DNA from: a virus
DNA length: 64,000 nucleotides
IMG/VR virus record: IMGVR_UViG_3300020048_000085
Direction: 5' to 3' (one strand)
A model generated the notes under the pieces. It was given only the letters and a program-made list of their open reading frames with translations, was not told the DNA's origin and ran no database searches. This document shows positions 63,538-64,000 of this stretch, piece by piece (within the stretch, counting starts at the first letter, position 1; every line of letters begins with the position of its first letter). Made by a program: the position numbers and the translations under genes.

Positions 63538-63858
63538 ATGGGATGGGGAACAAACTTTAATATGAACTTATATCTTAGTCATATGACATTTGATAGTATT
63601 CAAGATGTAAGAGATAAAATAACTGAAAATGATAATTATATAAATGATGCAAAGCAAAAAATAAAAATGTTTGCATCATCTACTCCTAGTAGTATTGTAC
63701 CAGAAGATTGGAAAGATGAACCAATCAATTGGCTTAATGCTGAAATTGAATCATTAATTGATGAGATGACTGAATCAATCAAAGAAAATGTTTTATTGGA
63801 TCAATACTTTCAATTTTTAGAAAATAAAGAAATTGACAATAATTTAAAAACAGAATAA
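63538..63858 (+). CDS. Hypothetical acidic protein (106 aa)
   Basis: ORF downstream of the promoter motif. Confidence 0.45.
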   Translation: MGWGTNFNMNLYLSHMTFDSIQDVRDKITENDNYINDAKQKIKMFASSTPSSIVPEDWKDEPINWLNAEIESLIDEMTESIKENVLLDQYFQFLENKEIDNNLKTE

Positions 63859-63861
63859 TTA

Positions 63862-64000
63862 ATGACTATAATTGATTTTTTTGACATATTAAAAAATGAT
63901 AATTGTTTTTTAGAATATAATTTTAATTTTAATTCTATAGCACCACATAATGGTTCTAATTTTGATCCTAATATGTTATGTTTTAATATAAAAAATAGAA
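63862..64000 (+). CDS. Partial CDS running off the window end (MTIIDFFDILKNDNCF...)
   Basis: The ATG at 63862 is 3 nt after the previous stop. The frame is open to the window end. Confidence 0.3.
   Translation, partial: MTIIDFFDILKNDNCFLEYNFNFNSIAPHNGSNFDPNMLCFNIKNR

Noticed and set aside
1-64000. The possibility that the window comes from a eukaryotic giant virus (Mimiviridae-like: very AT-rich, ankyrin repeats, NAD ligase without Zn finger, GIY-YIG genes, huge N-rich proteins)
   Set aside because: Gene junctions are prokaryotic in style: ATGA stop/start overlaps and probable GTG starts. Intergenic hairpins are followed and often preceded by T/A runs, like bacterial intrinsic terminators, and many are bidirectional. 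Bacterial-type ClpS/ClpA, NusG, S1, NfeD-flotillin and deformylase genes are present. The mimivirus early promoter octamer AAAATTGA is not found upstream of genes.
1-64000. CRISPR array or other long direct-repeat arrays
   Set aside because: No regularly spaced direct repeats of 25-40 nt were seen. The only tandem repeats are short microsatellites and the protein-coding repeat modules.

Overview
This window is extremely AT-rich (GC is estimated by eye at roughly 20-25%) and densely coding on both strands. I found no rRNA, no convincing tRNA and no CRISPR array. I read it as part of the genome of a large dsDNA bacteriophage, not a eukaryotic giant virus or a cellular chromosome. Three sequence-level observations support this: many hairpin-plus-T-run intrinsic terminators (several of them bidirectional), frequent ATGA stop/start overlaps, and probable GTG starts. 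The confidently recognisable genes are: a ClpS adaptor next to a ClpA/ClpC-type unfoldase; an M16 metallopeptidase; peptide deformylase; NAD-dependent DNA ligase; TK1-type thymidine kinase; a single-chain SbcD-SbcC fusion; a NusG-like factor; a four-domain S1-like protein; an NfeD-flotillin pair; a sirtuin; a minimal nucleotidyltransferase; and a RuvC-like resolvase. The most unusual content is a family of at least 18 small genes sharing an N-terminal motif M-[IK]-x-[IL]-[KR]-x-F-E. Most members also share a C-terminal ...KKFNL, and they sit in two tandem arrays with ATGA overlaps. Members include an R-S-E ADP-ribosyltransferase-like protein, an ankyrin-repeat protein and proteins with HG[ST] motifs; I propose they are a virion-packaged or degron-tagged effector arsenal. 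Other notable structure: a cassette present twice made of a GIY-YIG endonuclease with a divergent pair of ribbon-helix-helix (RHH) genes; a recurring TATCTTTGT promoter motif that matches the Bacteroidetes -7 consensus TAnnTTTG; a repeated terminator-promoter cassette; a candidate structured small RNA; and simple-sequence repeats abutting start codons. All functional calls rest on motifs read by eye from the translations, and no database search was possible.
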